Positions 50,467-61,001 of a stretch of 64,000 nt of DNA are shown one piece after another. The position numbers and the translations under genes are program-made. The notes under the pieces were generated by a model. It had not been told where the DNA came from. It did no database searches and saw only the letters and a program-made list of their open reading frames with translations. Within the stretch, counting starts at the first letter, position 1; each line of letters opens with the position of its first letter. Source of the stretch: Miltoncostaeaceae bacterium (GTDB lineage: Bacteria; Actinomycetota; Thermoleophilia; Miltoncostaeales; Miltoncostaeaceae); NCBI GenBank assembly GCA_963703045.1, contig OY969782.1:2157771-2221770 (forward strand). The letters are read 5' to 3'.

Positions 50467-51573
50467 CGCCGCCCGCGCCACCTCGGGCCGTGGCCGCGGG
50501 CGCGGCTGAGCGCACCGCGCAGCGCCGCGGCGCTCAGCACGAGCAGTCCCAGAGGCAGCGTCGGCGCGTACCGGCGCGGCGTCGGAACGGCCCAGCCCGC
50601 CAGCCGCTGCAGCGCGACGAGCGCGAGGCACCCCGTCACGCCGGTCGCCGCGAGCGACCGGTCGCCCCGTCGCAGGCCGCGCGCGGCCGCCACGCCGGGC
50701 AGCACCGCCAGCGCCGCGACGACCCCCGCGGCGACCGCGCCCTTGCCGGCCCCGCCCGCGGCGGCGAACGAGGCGTTCTTGCTCCACCCCTCCCAGACCT
50801 CCCGGCCGCCGTGGTACATGCGCAGCCGGGCGAGACGCCCGCCGGGCACCGGCACCAGCAGTGATCCGGCGCGCTTCACCCGCGCGGCGAGCCACACGTC
50901 GTCGACCATCCGCCCCCGGATGGACTCGTGCCCGCCCACGGCCTCGTACAGCTCGCGCAGGATCAGCATGTAGCCGCCGGCCGCGATGGCGACCGGGCTG
51001 CGGGCGCGCCGCGCCAGGGGCCCGGGAGCGACGAAGGTCGCGATCGCCGTCAGGGCGGCGGGCATGACCGCGCGCTCGACCGGGCCCTCGGTGTCGATCG
51101 AGGGGAAGAGGGTGAGGCCCCCCCGTCCCATCCGGAGCGCCGCCGCCAGGGTGCGTCCGAGCGAGTCCGGCGCGTGCAGCACGTCGGCGTCGGTGAACAG
51201 CAGCCACTCGCCGCGCGCCGCCGCGACGCCCTGGGCGCACGCCCACGACTTGCCCACCCATCCCTCGGGAAGGGGCCGCCCGGCGACCACCTCGACGCGC
51301 GGATCGTCGCCGGCCGCCGCGCGCGCCGCCGCCAGCGTGCCGTCGGTCGACTCGGTCGTTGACCACGATGATCTGGACGTCGGGGTACTCGAGCGCGCGA
51401 AGGCTCGCGACCGCCGCCCCGATGCCCCGCTCCTCGTCGCGGGCCGGCACGACGACGCTCACGCAGGGGCCGTCGGCGAGGGGCGTCTCGCGGTCGGCGC
51501 GGGGCGCGTGCCGGCGCTCGTGGACGGCGAGCCAGGTCGCACCCACCCACACCGCGCCGGCGACGGCCGCCAT
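50448..51573 (-). pseudogene. family 2 glycosyltransferase with C-terminal TM segments; frame change at about 51351-51354
   Basis: The N-terminal part (MAAVAGAVWVGATWLAV...VSVVVPARDEERGIGAAVASLRALEYPDVQIIVVND) is in the frame of ORF 49198..51693. The continuation ([37 protein letters not shown]...FTDADV) is in the frame of ORF 50448..51290. Confidence 0.7.
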
Positions 51574-51716
51574 GGTCCGCAGCGTCTGGGCGTCGCCGCT
51601 CACGGGCGGGCCTCCGGCGCGCGGCGGGCCCGGTGCCGGCGGGCTCCCGTCGGGGGCCGGCACCCGCCGCGCCCGGCGGGCGCGCGCGGGCACCCGCCGT
51701 GCGTCAAGCTCGCCGC

Positions 51717-52322
51717 ATGACCTGCACCGCGATCGTCCTCGCCGCCGGCGCCGGCGCGCGCATGGGCGGGGCGCCGAAGCAGCTGCTGCCGCTCGGCGAC
51801 CGACCGGTGCTGCAGCACGTGCTGGACGCGGTCGCCGAGGCCGGGCTCGTTGACGTCGTGCTCGTGCTCGGCCACCGGGCGGAGGATATCGCCGGCGCCA
51901 TCGTCGCCCCGCCCGGCACGAGGATGGTCGTGAACCCCTGTCACGCCGACGGGCAGTCGACCTCGCTGCGGGCGGGGCTCGACGCCCTGTCCCCGATCGC
52001 CCGGTCGGCGCTCGTCCTGCTCGGCGACCAGCCCGGCATCCGCCCCGACGCCATGCGGGCCGTCATCGCGCGCCACGCCGCCGGCGGCGCGGCGGTGGTG
52101 CGCGCCGCCTACGGCGGGCGGGCGTCGCACCCGGTGCTGCTCGACCGCGTGATGTGGCCCGCCGTCGAGAACCTGCGCGGCGACGCCGGCGCGCGCGCGC
52201 TCATCGCGGCGCACCCCGGGCGCGTCGAGCTGGTCGAGGTGGGCGGCGACCCGCCGGACGACATCGACACGCCCGAGGACCTGGCGAGGGTGGCCGCCGG
52301 GTGGGGGCGGCCCCCCGCCTAG
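51717..52322 (+). CDS. MobA/MocA-like nucleotidyltransferase (molybdenum cofactor nucleotidylyltransferase type)
   Basis: AIVLAAGAGARMGGAPKQLLPLGDRPVL and LLGDQP...DIDTPEDL. Confidence 0.75.
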   Translation: MTCTAIVLAAGAGARMGGAPKQLLPLGDRPVLQHVLDAVAEAGLVDVVLVLGHRAEDIAGAIVAPPGTRMVVNPCHADGQSTSLRAGLDALSPIARSALVLLGDQPGIRPDAMRAVIARHAAGGAAVVRAAYGGRASHPVLLDRVMWPAVENLRGDAGARALIAAHPGRVELVEVGGDPPDDIDTPEDLARVAAGWGRPPA

Positions 52323-52357
52323 GGTCTCGGTCCGGACCGCCCCCGGTCGGACGCGGC

Positions 52358-52729
52358 CTATGCCTCCACCAGCTGCCGCATCCGCTCGAGGCTCACCTCG
52401 ACCATGTCGGCGGAGGGCCAGTCGATGACGACGTGCACACGGGTGCGGCCCGGCTCGGCCTCGCTCAGCTCGACGCGCCCGCCCGCCTCGTCGTCGGCCT
52501 CGTCGCTCGCCCACGCGAGCGAGCGCTCGGGCTCCCACTCGGTGATCCGGCTCGTCCACGTCAGGGGCGCGCCGTCGAGCGACCCCCGCCACTCGAGCCG
52601 CTCGTCGTCGAGCCGGCGCACCGACTCGATGCCCTCCATGAACTCGGGCAGCCGCTCCATCTCGGCCCACCGGCTCCAGACCACGTTGACCGGGGCCGCG
52701 ACCTCGATCACCTCGTCGACGCTCTGCAT
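52358..52729 (-). CDS. SRPBCC-superfamily (cyclase/dehydrase, CoxG-like) protein
   Basis: 123 aa from MQSVDEVIEVAAPVNVVWSRWAEMERLPEFMEGIESV, after a GGAGG RBS. Confidence 0.65.
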   Translation of the reverse strand: MQSVDEVIEVAAPVNVVWSRWAEMERLPEFMEGIESVRRLDDERLEWRGSLDGAPLTWTSRITEWEPERSLAWASDEADDEAGGRVELSEAEPGRTRVHVVIDWPSADMVEVSLERMRQLVEA

Positions 52730-52874
52730 CCCGCCTCCTCGTGTGGTGTCGCGTGGGGCGTACCCCCTCGCCGGAGGCCCCACGCGGGGATCGGACGGGG
52801 GGCCGGGTCATGTGTGACCATGTGCCGGGCCGGCGGTGGTGGGCCGCCGCCCCCGAACGACGCCGAGGCCGCCC

Positions 52875-53915
52875 GTGCGCGATGTGCTCCCGACGCTCGA
52901 AGGATGGATGCGGGCCGGTCGTCGGGCCGCGCTCGCGACCGTCGTCGCCGTCGAGCGCTCCGCCCCCCGCCTCCCCGGCACCGCGATGGCCGTGTCGGAC
53001 GCCGGCGAGATCGCCGGATCGGTCACCGGCGGGTGCGTCGAGCCCGCGGTGATCCTCCAGGCCGAGGAGGTGCTGGCGGGTGGCGCGCCCCGCCTCGTCG
53101 CCTTCGGGTTCGCCGACGAGGCCGCCTTCGAGGTCGGACTGCCCTGCGGGGGCACGGTGCACCTCTTCATCGAGGAGATGCGGCCCGACCTGATCGCCGA
53201 GGTCGCGGAGGCCGTCCGCGCGGAGCGGCCGGTCGCCTACGTCACGACCATCGCGGGCGGCCGGGGCGCGGGGGGCGCGCGCGTGATCGGCCCCGACGGC
53301 GATCCGCGCGATCCGCTCGAGACGTCGGCGCGGGCGCTGCTGGCGCGCGGCGAGAGCGCCGCCGTCACGGTCGACGGCGCGCGCGCCCTCGTGGTGTCGC
53401 TCGTGCCCCGCCCCGCGATGTACGTGATGGGCGCGATCGACTTCGCCTCGTCGCTCGCGACGGTCGGGCGCTTCCTCGGCTACCGCGTGACGGTCTGCGA
53501 CCCGCGCGCCGTCTTCCTCACGCCCGCCCGCTTCCCCGACGCCGACGAGCTGGCGATCCGCTGGCCGCACGATTTCCTGGCCGAGGCGCCGGTGGACGCG
53601 CGCGCGGCGGTCTGCGTGCTCACCCACGACGAGAAGTTCGACGTGCCGGCGCTGCGGGCGGCGCTCGACACCCCGGCCCGCTACATCGGCGCCATGGGCA
53701 GCCGTCGCACGACGGCGCGGCGATGGGCGCGCCTGCGGGCCGAGGGCGTGGGCGAGGAGGAGCTCGCGAGGATCCACGCGCCGATCGGGCTGCCGATCGG
53801 CTCGCGCACCCCCGAGGAGGTCGCCGTCGCGATCGGCGCGCAGATCGTGGCGGTGGCGCGCGGCGCCGCGCCCCGGCCGACCGCGCCGTGGGCTCGTCCC
53901 GAGCGGAGCGCGTAG
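52875..53915 (+). CDS. XdhC/CoxI-family molybdoenzyme maturation factor
   Basis: ALATVVAVERSAPRLPGTAMAV...GSVTGGCVE and the Rossmann half MYVMGAIDFASSLA...IGAMGSRRT...IHAPIGLPIGSRTPEEVAVAI. Confidence 0.8.
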   Translation: MRDVLPTLEGWMRAGRRAALATVVAVERSAPRLPGTAMAVSDAGEIAGSVTGGCVEPAVILQAEEVLAGGAPRLVAFGFADEAAFEVGLPCGGTVHLFIEEMRPDLIAEVAEAVRAERPVAYVTTIAGGRGAGGARVIGPDGDPRDPLETSARALLARGESAAVTVDGARALVVSLVPRPAMYVMGAIDFASSLATVGRFLGYRVTVCDPRAVFLTPARFPDADELAIRWPHDFLAEAPVDARAAVCVLTHDEKFDVPALRAALDTPARYIGAMGSRRTTARRWARLRAEGVGEEELARIHAPIGLPIGSRTPEEVAVAIGAQIVAVARGAAPRPTAPWARPERSA

Positions 53916-53921
53916 CATCGG

Positions 53922-54923
53922 ATGATGGAGACCAGCGCGCTGCGCGACGGCTTCGGCCGCCTCCACCGGTCGCTCCGCGTGTCGGTGACCGACCGCTGCA
54001 ACCTGCGCTGCCGGTACTGCATGCCGGCCGAGGGCATGCGCTGGCTCCCGCGCGAGGAGCTGCTGAGCGACGACGAGGTCGTGCGCCTGGTGCGGGTGCT
54101 GGTGGGGGAGGGCGTCACCGAGGTGCGCATCACCGGCGGCGAGCCCCTGGTGCGACCGGGGCTGGCGTCCCTGGTCGCGCGCATCCGCGCCGTCGCCGGC
54201 GTCCGCGAGATCGCCATGACCACGAACGGCGTCCTGCTCGCCGACGCCGTCGACGACCTGGTCGCGGCCGGCCTCGACCGCGTCAACGTGAGCATCGACT
54301 CGCTCGACCCCGAGCGCTTCGCGCGCATCACCCGTCGCCGCGACCTCGACCGGGTGCTCCAGGGCCTCGCGGCGTGCGAGCGGCACGCCACCCTGCGGCC
54401 GATCAAGATCAACGCGGTGGCGCTGCGCGGCGTCAGCGAGCCCGACGTGCTGCCGCTGGCGGAGCTGGCGCGCCGGCGGCCCTACGTGGTGCGGTTCATC
54501 GAGGTCATGCCCCTCGACGCGCCGCGCGAGTGGACCCGCGAGGCCGTGCTGCCGGGCGACGAGCTGCGGGCCATGATCGGCGCGCGCTGGCCGTTGCTGC
54601 CGATGGCGCCCGAGCGGGCCTCGGCGACCGGCACCGGCTGGCGCTTCGCCGACGGGGCGGGCAGCCTCCAGTTCGTCTCGTCGGTCACCGAGCCGTTCTG
54701 CGCGAGCTGCGACCGCCTGCGGCTGACGGCCGACGGCCAGCTCCGCACCTGCCTCTTCGCCGAGTGGGAGACCGACCTGCGCGGCCCCCTGCGCGCCGGG
54801 GCCGGCGACGCCGAGATCGCCGCGATCGCCCGCGGCGCGGTGGCCCGCAAGGAGGCGGGGCACGGGATGGCCGACCGCACCTGGACCTACACCGGCCGGC
54901 CGATGAGCATGATCGGCGGCTGA
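53922..54923 (+). CDS. moaA: GTP 3',8-cyclase (radical SAM Moco biosynthesis protein A)
   Basis: LRVSVTDRCNLRCRYCMP (CxxxCxxC), ITGGEPLVRP and the C-terminal cluster CASCDRLRLTADGQLRTCLF. Confidence 0.95.
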   Translation: MMETSALRDGFGRLHRSLRVSVTDRCNLRCRYCMPAEGMRWLPREELLSDDEVVRLVRVLVGEGVTEVRITGGEPLVRPGLASLVARIRAVAGVREIAMTTNGVLLADAVDDLVAAGLDRVNVSIDSLDPERFARITRRRDLDRVLQGLAACERHATLRPIKINAVALRGVSEPDVLPLAELARRRPYVVRFIEVMPLDAPREWTREAVLPGDELRAMIGARWPLLPMAPERASATGTGWRFADGAGSLQFVSSVTEPFCASCDRLRLTADGQLRTCLFAEWETDLRGPLRAGAGDAEIAAIARGAVARKEAGHGMADRTWTYTGRPMSMIGG

Positions 54924-54987
54924 GGGGCCCGCCGCCGGCCCCGCCCCGCCCCGCGCGACCCCCGCGCCACCCCGGAGGTGCACACGC

Positions 54988-56031
54988 ATGAAGGCCGCCG
55001 TCTACCACGGGCCGCGCGACATCCGCGTCGAGGACGTCCCCGACGCCACCCTGAGCGAGCCCACCGACGCCCTCGTGCGCGTGACCCACGCCTGCATCTG
55101 CGGCAGCGACCTGTGGCCCTACCGGGGCGACCTCGAGATCTACGGCCGACCGGGCCGCACGGGCCACGAGTTCATGGGCGTCGTCGAGGCCGTCGGGGCC
55201 GAGGTGCGCACCCTCCGCCCCGGGCAACGGGTGATCGCGCCGTTCGCGTTCTCCGACGGCACCTGTGACCGCTGCCACGCCGGCCTCCAGACGTCGTGCC
55301 GCAACGGCGGGTACTGGGGCGGCCGCAACGACGGCGGGCAGGGCGAGGCGGTGCGGGCTCCCCTCGCCGACGGCACCCTCGTCGCGCTGCCGGACGAGGT
55401 CGACCTGTCCGATGCGCGGCTGGCCGCGGCGCTCGCGACCCTGACCGACGTGATGGGCACCGGCCACCACGGCGCGCTCGCGGCAGGCGTCGGACCCGGG
55501 GCGACCGTGGTCGTGGTCGGGGACGGCGCCGTCGGGCTGTGCGCGGTGCTGGCCTGCCGGCGCCTCGGCGCCGACCGCATCATCGCGCTCGGCCACCACG
55601 ACGACCGACTGGGGATCGCGCGCGCCTTCGGCGCGACGGACGTGGTCACCGAGCGCGACGACGAGGCCGTCGCGCGCGTCCGCGAGATGACCGGCGGCGG
55701 GGCGGAGCACGTGGTCGAGTGCGTCGGCAACGCCGGCTCGTTCGCCACGGCGATCGGAGCCGCCGTTCCGGGAGGCACGGTGGGCCACGTCGGCGTGCCG
55801 GCCGAGCCGGTGGCCCTCCTCGACGTGCACCAGCGCAACGTGCGGCTGATCGGCGGGGTGGCCCCCGTGAGGGCCTACATCCCGGAGCTGCTCGCCGACG
55901 TGCTGGCCGGACGGCTCGACCCCTCCCCGGTGCTCGACGTGCGCGTCGGGCTCGACGACGTGCCCGAGGGCTACGCGGCGATGGACGAGCGGCGCGCCGT
56001 CAAGGTGCTCGTCGAGACGGGTTCGGTCTAG
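54988..56031 (+). CDS. zinc-dependent alcohol dehydrogenase family oxidoreductase
   Basis: MKAAVYHGPRDIRVEDVP...CICGSDLWPYRG...GHEFMGVVEAVG...VVVVGDGAVGL. Confidence 0.9.
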   Translation: MKAAVYHGPRDIRVEDVPDATLSEPTDALVRVTHACICGSDLWPYRGDLEIYGRPGRTGHEFMGVVEAVGAEVRTLRPGQRVIAPFAFSDGTCDRCHAGLQTSCRNGGYWGGRNDGGQGEAVRAPLADGTLVALPDEVDLSDARLAAALATLTDVMGTGHHGALAAGVGPGATVVVVGDGAVGLCAVLACRRLGADRIIALGHHDDRLGIARAFGATDVVTERDDEAVARVREMTGGGAEHVVECVGNAGSFATAIGAAVPGGTVGHVGVPAEPVALLDVHQRNVRLIGGVAPVRAYIPELLADVLAGRLDPSPVLDVRVGLDDVPEGYAAMDERRAVKVLVETGSV

Positions 56032-56273
56032 GCCGCCGGGATCCCGGCGACGGCGGCGAGGGCCGTCTGCAGGTCGCAGCCGGTCCGGTCGCGGTGCAGA
56101 CGGGCCGCGTCGGTCGTCCGGCCCGCGGCGACGAGGGCGAGCACGTCGGGCGAGAGGCGCCGCGAGCTCGCGCCGGGCAGCGGGTCGCCCTCGACCCCGA
56201 GGTGCGTGTAGAGCCGCCCCAGGCGCGCCTCGACCTCGGCCAGCGGGGCGCCCGTGTCGGGCGTGTCGGCCAT
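56028..56273 (-). CDS. small hypothetical protein (81 aa)
   Basis: An ORF with G/C-rich third positions, convergent with the ADH gene and overlapping it by 4 nt. No motif recognised with confidence. Confidence 0.45.
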   Translation of the reverse strand: MADTPDTGAPLAEVEARLGRLYTHLGVEGDPLPGASSRRLSPDVLALVAAGRTTDAARLHRDRTGCDLQTALAAVAGIPAA

Positions 56274-56328
56274 CGGCCGCGACTCTAGGCCCGCGCGCGG
56301 GCGCCGTCCAGCGCGGTGCGTGCGGCGG

Positions 56329-58710
56329 CTAGGCCTCGAGGGCCACGTCGAGCACCTGCTCGATGCGGTCGGCGAGGGTGATGCGCATCTCGTCGGCCAG
56401 CCCCTCGGGCAGGTCGGCGAGGGAGTCCTCGTTGAGGCGCGGCAGGATCACGCCGCCGATGCCCGCGCGGCGGGCGGCGAGCACCTTCTCCTTGACCCCG
56501 CCGATCGGAAGCACCTGCCCGGTCAGGGTGATCTCGCCGGTCATGGCGACATCACCGCTGACGGGACGCCCCGAGAGGGCCGACACGAGCGCCGTCGCCA
56601 TCGTGACGCCGGCCGATGGGCCGTCCTTCGGCACGGCGCCGGCCGGCACGTGCAGGTGGATGTCGTGGCGCGCGAACCAGTCGTCGGTGAGCCCGAGTCC
56701 GAGCGCTCCGGCGCGGGCGCGCACGTACGACAGGGCGGCCTGGGCCGACTCCTTCATCACGTCGCCGAGCTGCCCGGTCACGGTCAGGCGTCCCGACCCG
56801 GGCATCGTGATCGCCTCGACGAAGAGGATCTCGCCGCCCGCCCCGGTCACGGCCAGGCCGGTCGCGACGCCGGGCTCGCGGGTGCGCCGCCGCACCTCGT
56901 TGTGGATCCGCTCCGGGCCGAGGATCTCGCGCACCACGGCCTGCCCGGCCGACAGGCGCGACCCGTCGCCCTCGGCGACGCGGCGCGCGACCCGCCGCGC
57001 GATCGCGGCGAGGCGCCGCTCGAGCTGGCGCACGCCCGCCTCGCGGGTGTACTCGCCGATCACGGTCCGCAGGCCCGGGTCGGTCACCCGCAGCAGCCCC
57101 TTCGGCAGCCCGGCCGCCGCGATCTGGCGCGGCAGGAGGTAGCGCCGGGCGATGTGGAGCTTCTCCTCCTCGGTGTAGCCCGAGAGGCGGATCACCTCCA
57201 TGCGGTCGAGCAGAGGACCGGGGATCGTCTCGAGCACGTTCGCGGTGCAGAGGAAGAGCACCCGCGAGAGGTCGAGCGGCAGGTCGAGGTAGTGGTCGCG
57301 GAAGGTCCCGTTCTGGGCCGGGTCGAGCACCTCGAGCATCGCCGACGCCGGGTCGCCGCGCACGTCGGAGCCCATCTTGTCGATCTCGTCGACCATCAGC
57401 ACCGGGTTCATCGCCCCCGCGTCGCGGATGGCCCGGACGATCGTGCCGGGCATCGCGCCGACGTAGGTGCGCCGGTGGCCGCGGATCTCGCTCTCGTCGC
57501 GCACGCCGCCCACCGAGATGCGGGCGAAGCGCCGCCCGAGGGCGCGGGCGATCGACTGGCCGAGCGAGGTCTTGCCGACCCCGGGCGGGCCGACGAAGCA
57601 GAGGATCGGGCCGGGGGCGTCCGGCTTGAGGCGCGCCACGGCGAGCTGCTCGACGATGCGGTCCTTCACCGTCGCGATGTCGTAGTGGTCCTCGTCGAGC
57701 ACCTCGCGGGCGCGCACCAGATCGAGGTCGTCCTCGGTGGAGGTGCCCCACGGCACGGCGAGGATCCAGTCGATGTAGGTGCGGATCACCCCGTGCTCGG
57801 CACCCTCGGCGGGCAGGCGCTCGAGCCGGCCCAGCTCGCGCTCGGCGGCGACGCGCACCTGCTCGGGCGGCGCGGCCTCGGCCAGGCGCTCGCGCAGCTC
57901 CGCGATCTCGCGGCCCGGGTCGTCGCCCTCGCCGAGCTCCTCGCGGATCGCCGCGAGCTGGCGGCGCAGGAAGAACTCGCGCTGGCCCTTCTCGAGGTCG
58001 GTCTCGACGTCGCTCTGGATCTTGGCGCCCATCTCGAGCAGCTCGAGCTCGCGCGCGCAGAGCTCGGTGAGGCGGCGCAGGCGGGCGGCGAGGTCGACCT
58101 CCTCGAGCAGCGCCTGGCGCTCCTCGAGGGTCAGCCGGATCGACGACGAGATCAGGTACGAGAGGGCCGTCGGGTCCTCGAGGTTCGCGACCGCGATGCC
58201 GAGCTCGTCGGGCAGGTGGGGGACGAGCGCGATCATCCGGGTGAAGACGCCCTGCAGGTTGCGGGCGAGGGCCTCGACCTCGGTCGTGCGCTCGGCCTGG
58301 TCGGGGACCTCCTCGACGTGGGCCTCGAGGAAGGGCTCGGTGCGGACGTAGCCGCCGATCCGCACCCGCCGCAGGCCCTGGGCGAGGATGCGGACGGTGC
58401 CGTCGGGCACGCGCACCATGCGCTGCACGACCGCGGCGACGCCGATCGAGTGCAGCTGGTCGGGGGGCGGCTCCGTGACGGCCGGGTCGCGGCTGGCGAC
58501 CAGCACGACCATGCGCTCGGACCGGTTCAGCACCTCGTCGACGAGGCGGATCGAGCGCGGCTCGCCGATGGCGAGAGGGGCCACCGCCTCGGGGAAGATC
58601 ACGGTCTCCTTCAGCGGCAGCACCGGCAGCACCGACGGGATGGAGGTCTCGTCCGAGTCCGGGGCCTCCCCGGCGATCACGACCTCGATCGGGACGTCCT
58701 CGTCGGCCAT
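56329..58710 (-). CDS. lon: ATP-dependent Lon protease
   Basis: LON N-domain ([27 protein letters not shown]), Walker [10 protein letters not shown], Walker B LMVDEIDK and the protease Ser in [15 protein letters not shown]. Confidence 0.95.
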   Translation of the reverse strand: MADEDVPIEVVIAGEAPDSDETSIPSVLPVLPLKETVIFPEAVAPLAIGEPRSIRLVDEVLNRSERMVVLVASRDPAVTEPPPDQLHSIGVAAVVQRMVRVPDGTVRILAQGLRRVRIGGYVRTEPFLEAHVEEVPDQAERTTEVEALARNLQGVFTRMIALVPHLPDELGIAVANLEDPTALSYLISSSIRLTLEERQALLEEVDLAARLRRLTELCARELELLEMGAKIQSDVETDLEKGQREFFLRRQLAAIREELGEGDDPGREIAELRERLAEAAPPEQVRVAAERELGRLERLPAEGAEHGVIRTYIDWILAVPWGTSTEDDLDLVRAREVLDEDHYDIATVKDRIVEQLAVARLKPDAPGPILCFVGPPGVGKTSLGQSIARALGRRFARISVGGVRDESEIRGHRRTYVGAMPGTIVRAIRDAGAMNPVLMVDEIDKMGSDVRGDPASAMLEVLDPAQNGTFRDHYLDLPLDLSRVLFLCTANVLETIPGPLLDRMEVIRLSGYTEEEKLHIARRYLLPRQIAAAGLPKGLLRVTDPGLRTVIGEYTREAGVRQLERRLAAIARRVARRVAEGDGSRLSAGQAVVREILGPERIHNEVRRRTREPGVATGLAVTGAGGEILFVEAITMPGSGRLTVTGQLGDVMKESAQAALSYVRARAGALGLGLTDDWFARHDIHLHVPAGAVPKDGPSAGVTMATALVSALSGRPVSGDVAMTGEITLTGQVLPIGGVKEKVLAARRAGIGGVILPRLNEDSLADLPEGLADEMRITLADRIEQVLDVALEA

Positions 58711-59123
58711 CAGCGGGCGTCGCGGATGTCGATGCGCACCCGGCGCAGCGGCGGGGCGGGCGCGAGGGGCAGCACGATGCGCAGCAGGCCGTTCTCGTAG
58801 GAGGCCGCGGCCGCCGACGCGTCGACCGTCACCCCGAGGCGCAGACGGCGCTCGAAGGGCCCCCAGGCGATCTCGGCGTGCTGGTAGGCGCGCCGGCCCT
58901 CGCCGGTGCGGCGGCGCTCGCCGCGGATCACGAGCACGTCGTCGGCCAGCCCGATGTCGACGGCGGCGGGGTTGACGCCGGCCAGGTCGAGCTCGACCGT
59001 CAGCGACGGCGGCGGGCCGTCGGTCAGGTAGACGTCGACCGGCGCGCGCGCCTCGTTCGAGGCGCCGTGCCGGCCACCCGGGAAGAGGTCGGCGAGGAAT
59101 CGATCGACGTCGTCGCGGTACAC
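58710..59123 (-). CDS. Hsp20/alpha-crystallin family small heat-shock protein
   Basis: 137 aa with VDVYLTDGPPPSLTVELDLAGVNPAAVDIGLADDVLVIRGER...ASYENGLLRIVLP. The stop overlaps the lon start (TGATG). Confidence 0.85.
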   Translation of the reverse strand: MYRDDVDRFLADLFPGGRHGASNEARAPVDVYLTDGPPPSLTVELDLAGVNPAAVDIGLADDVLVIRGERRRTGEGRRAYQHAEIAWGPFERRLRLGVTVDASAAAASYENGLLRIVLPLAPAPPLRRVRIDIRDAR

Positions 59124-59202
59124 GCGGCTGATGGTACCCCGGCGTCCCCGCCGGCAACGCGTGACGGCTCCCGCCCCGCGTCGGCGCCCCGCCCCGTCTC
59201 CC

Positions 59203-60685
59203 CTAGAGCTCGCCCGCGTCGAGCAGCGCCAGCACCTCGCGGGCCCGCGCGCGCACCTCCGGGAGGTCGGCGAGGCGCTCCAGCCCGCGCACCTGCCGCG
59301 AGATGCGCGGGTTCCGCGCGAAGCGCTCCTCGTGCCGGGCGAGGAAGTCCCAGTAGAGGGTCGTGAAGGGGCACGCGTCCTCGCCCGTCCGCCGCTTCGG
59401 GTCGAAGCGACAGCCCCCGCAGTGGTCGCTCATGCGGTCGATGTAGGCGCCGCCCGCCGCGTAGGGCTTGGTCATCATGCGCCCGCCGTCGGCGTGGAGC
59501 GCCATGCCCACCACGTTCGGCAGCATCACCCACTCGGCGCCGTCGATGAACGCGCCCCACATCCAGTCCACCATCTCGGACGGCCGCACCGCGCTCAGCA
59601 TCGCGAGGTTGCCGAGCACCATCAGCCGCTGGATGTGGTGCGCGTAGGCGTGCTCCTCCACCCCGCGCAGCGCGGCGGCGACGCAGCGCATCGCGGTGCC
59701 CGACCCGGTGAAGGCGGGCGGCAGCGGCCGGTGCGCGCCGAGGGCGTTCGCCCGCCGCAGCCGGGGCGCCTCGCGCCAGTAGACGCCCCAGACGTACTCG
59801 CGCCAGCCGATCACCTGGCGGATGAACCCCTCGGCGGACGCGAGCGGGACGTCGCCGGCGCGGTAGGCCGCCTCGGCCGCGTCGGCCACCTCGCGGGGGT
59901 GCAGCATGCCGAGGTTCATGTAGGGCGAGAGCAGCGAGTGCGCGAGGTGCCACTCGCCCTCGAGCATGGCGTCCTGGTGGGCGCCGAAGCGGGGCAGGCC
60001 CTCGGCGACGAAGGCCCGCAGCCGTGCGAGCGCGCCGCGCCGGGTGAGTCGCCCAGGTGCCGTCGGGCGGGGCGCCGAAGCCGTCGTCGGCGGACGGGCC
60101 GTCCCCGCGCGAGCGCACGGGCCGCGGCCACGACCGCCCGTCGCGCGGCGGCGGCTCGCGGTTCTCGGCATCGAGGTTCCAGCGTCCGCCCTCGGGCTCG
60201 TCGCCGTCCATCAGGTACCCGTGGCGGCGGCGCTGCTCGCGGTAGAAGTCCTCCATCCGCAGACGACCGGATCGCCCGTCCGCCCAGGCGGCGAAGTCCT
60301 CGTAGTGGCAGAGGAACTGGTTCGAGCGCACCAGCTCCACGCCGAGGCGCTCGAGCATCGCGCGCCCGTCCCACGACATCGGCTCCATCGCGCTGACGGT
60401 CGTGCCGGGGTGCGCCCGCCGGTGGGCGGCGAGGCCGTCGGCGAAGGTCGCCGCCCGCCGCTCGTCGACCGCGAAGCCCTCCGCGCGCAGCTCCGCCGCG
60501 AAGGCGGCCATCGCGCCGGCGACCAGGTGCAGCCGCTGGCGGTGGAAGCGCTTCGAGGCCCGCTTGGCCTGCGCGGTCACCATGAGCACCCGGGTGGTCG
60601 ACGGGTCGGCGTCGGCCAGGCTCGCGATGCCCCGGTTGAGCTGGTCGCCGAGCACCCAGACCGTGCGGCCCGGTCCCGCCGCCAT
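59203..60685 (-). pseudogene. cryptochrome/photolyase-family protein of the FeS-BCP (CryB/PhrB-like) type; frame change at about 60045-60055
   Basis: The N-terminal part (MAAGPGRTVWVLGDQLN...FLCHYEDF...RMEDFYREQRRR) is in the frame of ORF 59024..60733. The C-terminal part (FGAHQDAML...IGWREYVWGVYW...HHIQRLMVLGN...DHCGGCRFDP...ACPFTTLYWDF) is in the frame of ORF 59203..60171. Confidence 0.75.
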
Positions 60686-60933
60686 CAGTCGTCCCAGTCG
60701 GCCTCGCCGGCCAGCTCGGCGTACGCGCGCCACTCGCGGATGACGCGCTTGGCGTCGCGCGCCCGGACCTCGGGGCGGGCGCTCGCGAGCAGCTGCAGCG
60801 CGATGCCCTCCTGGCCCCGCCCCGGCGGGGTGCCGAGCTCGTTGAGGACGGCCCAGACGGTGTCCTCGTCGAGGCCCGGCCGCTCCGACAGGATGTAGTC
60901 GGCCGCCTCACCCAGGTCGAGCTCGTCGTCCAT
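60685..60933 (-). CDS. small acidic hypothetical protein (82 aa) coupled to the photolyase-family gene
   Basis: MDDELDLGEAADYILSERPGLDEDTVWAVLNELG...AELAGEADWDD. The stop overlaps the downstream start (TGATG). Confidence 0.55.
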   Translation of the reverse strand: MDDELDLGEAADYILSERPGLDEDTVWAVLNELGTPPGRGQEGIALQLLASARPEVRARDAKRVIREWRAYAELAGEADWDD

Positions 60934-61001
60934 CCGCCCAGGGTAGCGACCCCCCCGGCCAGGCACCCCCCGACGCGCCCGGCGCATCGCCGGCCGGGGG
61001 C

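Noticed and set aside
51600-54989. 1,129-aa minus-strand ORF, plus similar giants (6797..9580, 9639..12134, 52154..54991, 56254..58800, 61113..63260)
   Set aside because: All have nonsense low-complexity translations lying opposite or out of frame to genes with clear family motifs.
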